Source: Lingula anatina
Taxonomy: Eukaryota; Animalia; Brachiopoda
Length of the DNA: 64,000 nucleotides
Assembly (NCBI GenBank): GCA_051362555.1
Contig: CM120642.1
Span: forward strand, 22,692,001 to 22,756,000
Direction: 5' to 3'
In this document: positions 63,389-64,000 of the stretch, piece after piece
How positions within the stretch are numbered: the stretch's first letter is position 1
Layout: every line of letters begins with the position of its first letter
Notes under the pieces: model-generated
Seen by the model: the letters and a program-made list of their open reading frames with translations, nothing else
What the model was told of the DNA's origin: nothing
Databases searched by the model: none
Program-made: the position numbers and the translations under genes

Positions 63389-64000
63389 ACTAAAGATGGA
63401 GAGAGCTGCAGAAGGACACCTGATTGTCAGAAACAGTCAAATAATCACCAAGGAATGGTGCTGCAAGTACTGTCGCTTCATCAATACACTTACAGTACAA
63501 GTATGCCAGAAGTGTAGCTACCAGAGAGACTTGATTGTCCCTCAGAGTGTTTCCTCAAATAATCCTGATGGTTCATTAAAGGAAAATAAGAAGGATGAAA
63601 AGGTGGCAACAGCTTCTTCAGATAAACCTTTGCCAGGTACAACTGAGGAAAAAATTCAGGATAAAGAAAACACTCTAAAATCTGCTTCAGTCACCAGTAG
63701 CAAAGAATATGAAAGAAGTGACAAAAACAGCTCCACTTTACCTGATTATACAACTCAGAAGATACATTATGCTACTTGCAAATTGGAAGAAAATGATGTT
63801 GAAATGGACTGTGCAGCCACCCCTGTAATTATACAGGTACATGACAAAGAGGACCTACAGGGAAGGAATGGAGCTCGAAAAATATCTCCAACATTTGTAA
63901 ATAGTACAAACATACAGAGTGATACCACTTGTACTTCCATTGGCTCAATCTTATATCCCCCTAGCACAAACTATAAGCCTCCAGTTCCTAATACTGCGAG
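63389..64000 (+). CDS. CAPN15: SOL/calpain-15-like protein, exon 2 (second RanBP2 zinc finger), runs off the window
   Basis: Polypyrimidine tract and ttcag acceptor. The phase-2 join gives LKMERAAEG...KEWCCKYCRFINTLTVQVCQKCSYQR, and the frame stays open to position 64000. Confidence 0.8.

Noticed and set aside
63164-63517. 117-aa ORF in the supplied track
   Set aside because: Spans intron sequence and the wrong frame. The real exon starts at 63389 in another frame.

Overview
AT-rich animal genomic DNA, not prokaryotic. Spliceosomal introns, microsatellites and the transposon repertoire suggest an invertebrate lophotrochozoan, probably a mollusc (inference). Two protein-coding genes can be reconstructed by hand. 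(1) A complete six-exon GAB/DOS docking-protein gene lies on the minus strand (ATG 62440 to stop 22800; 2532-nt CDS, 843 aa). It has a PH domain, the PPPRPPKP Grb2 site, YxxP/YxxM motifs and a VEYLDL...DYKEID SHP2 tandem motif, and its first intron is 35.4 kb. (2) The first two exons of a RanBP2-zinc-finger gene resembling SOL/calpain-15 lie on the plus strand, head-to-head with GAB, with only 319 bp between the two ATGs. The intergenic left third (1-21 kb) keeps its CpGs and is packed with nested elements: two decayed Tc1 copies, Kolobok-type and PIF/Harbinger-type MITEs, Helentron-type HINEs and a LINE tail. The GAB gene body is CpG-depleted and carries several fold-back MITEs and a hAT element with a 5-bp target-site duplication (TSD). 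I see no convincing new biological system. The best leads are the shared GAB/SOL promoter, a triple TGAGTCAGCA (Maf/CNC-AP1) cluster in intron 1, a MITE nested in a relative with the same internal arms, and long intronic hairpins. Most short ORFs in the supplied track are spurious.
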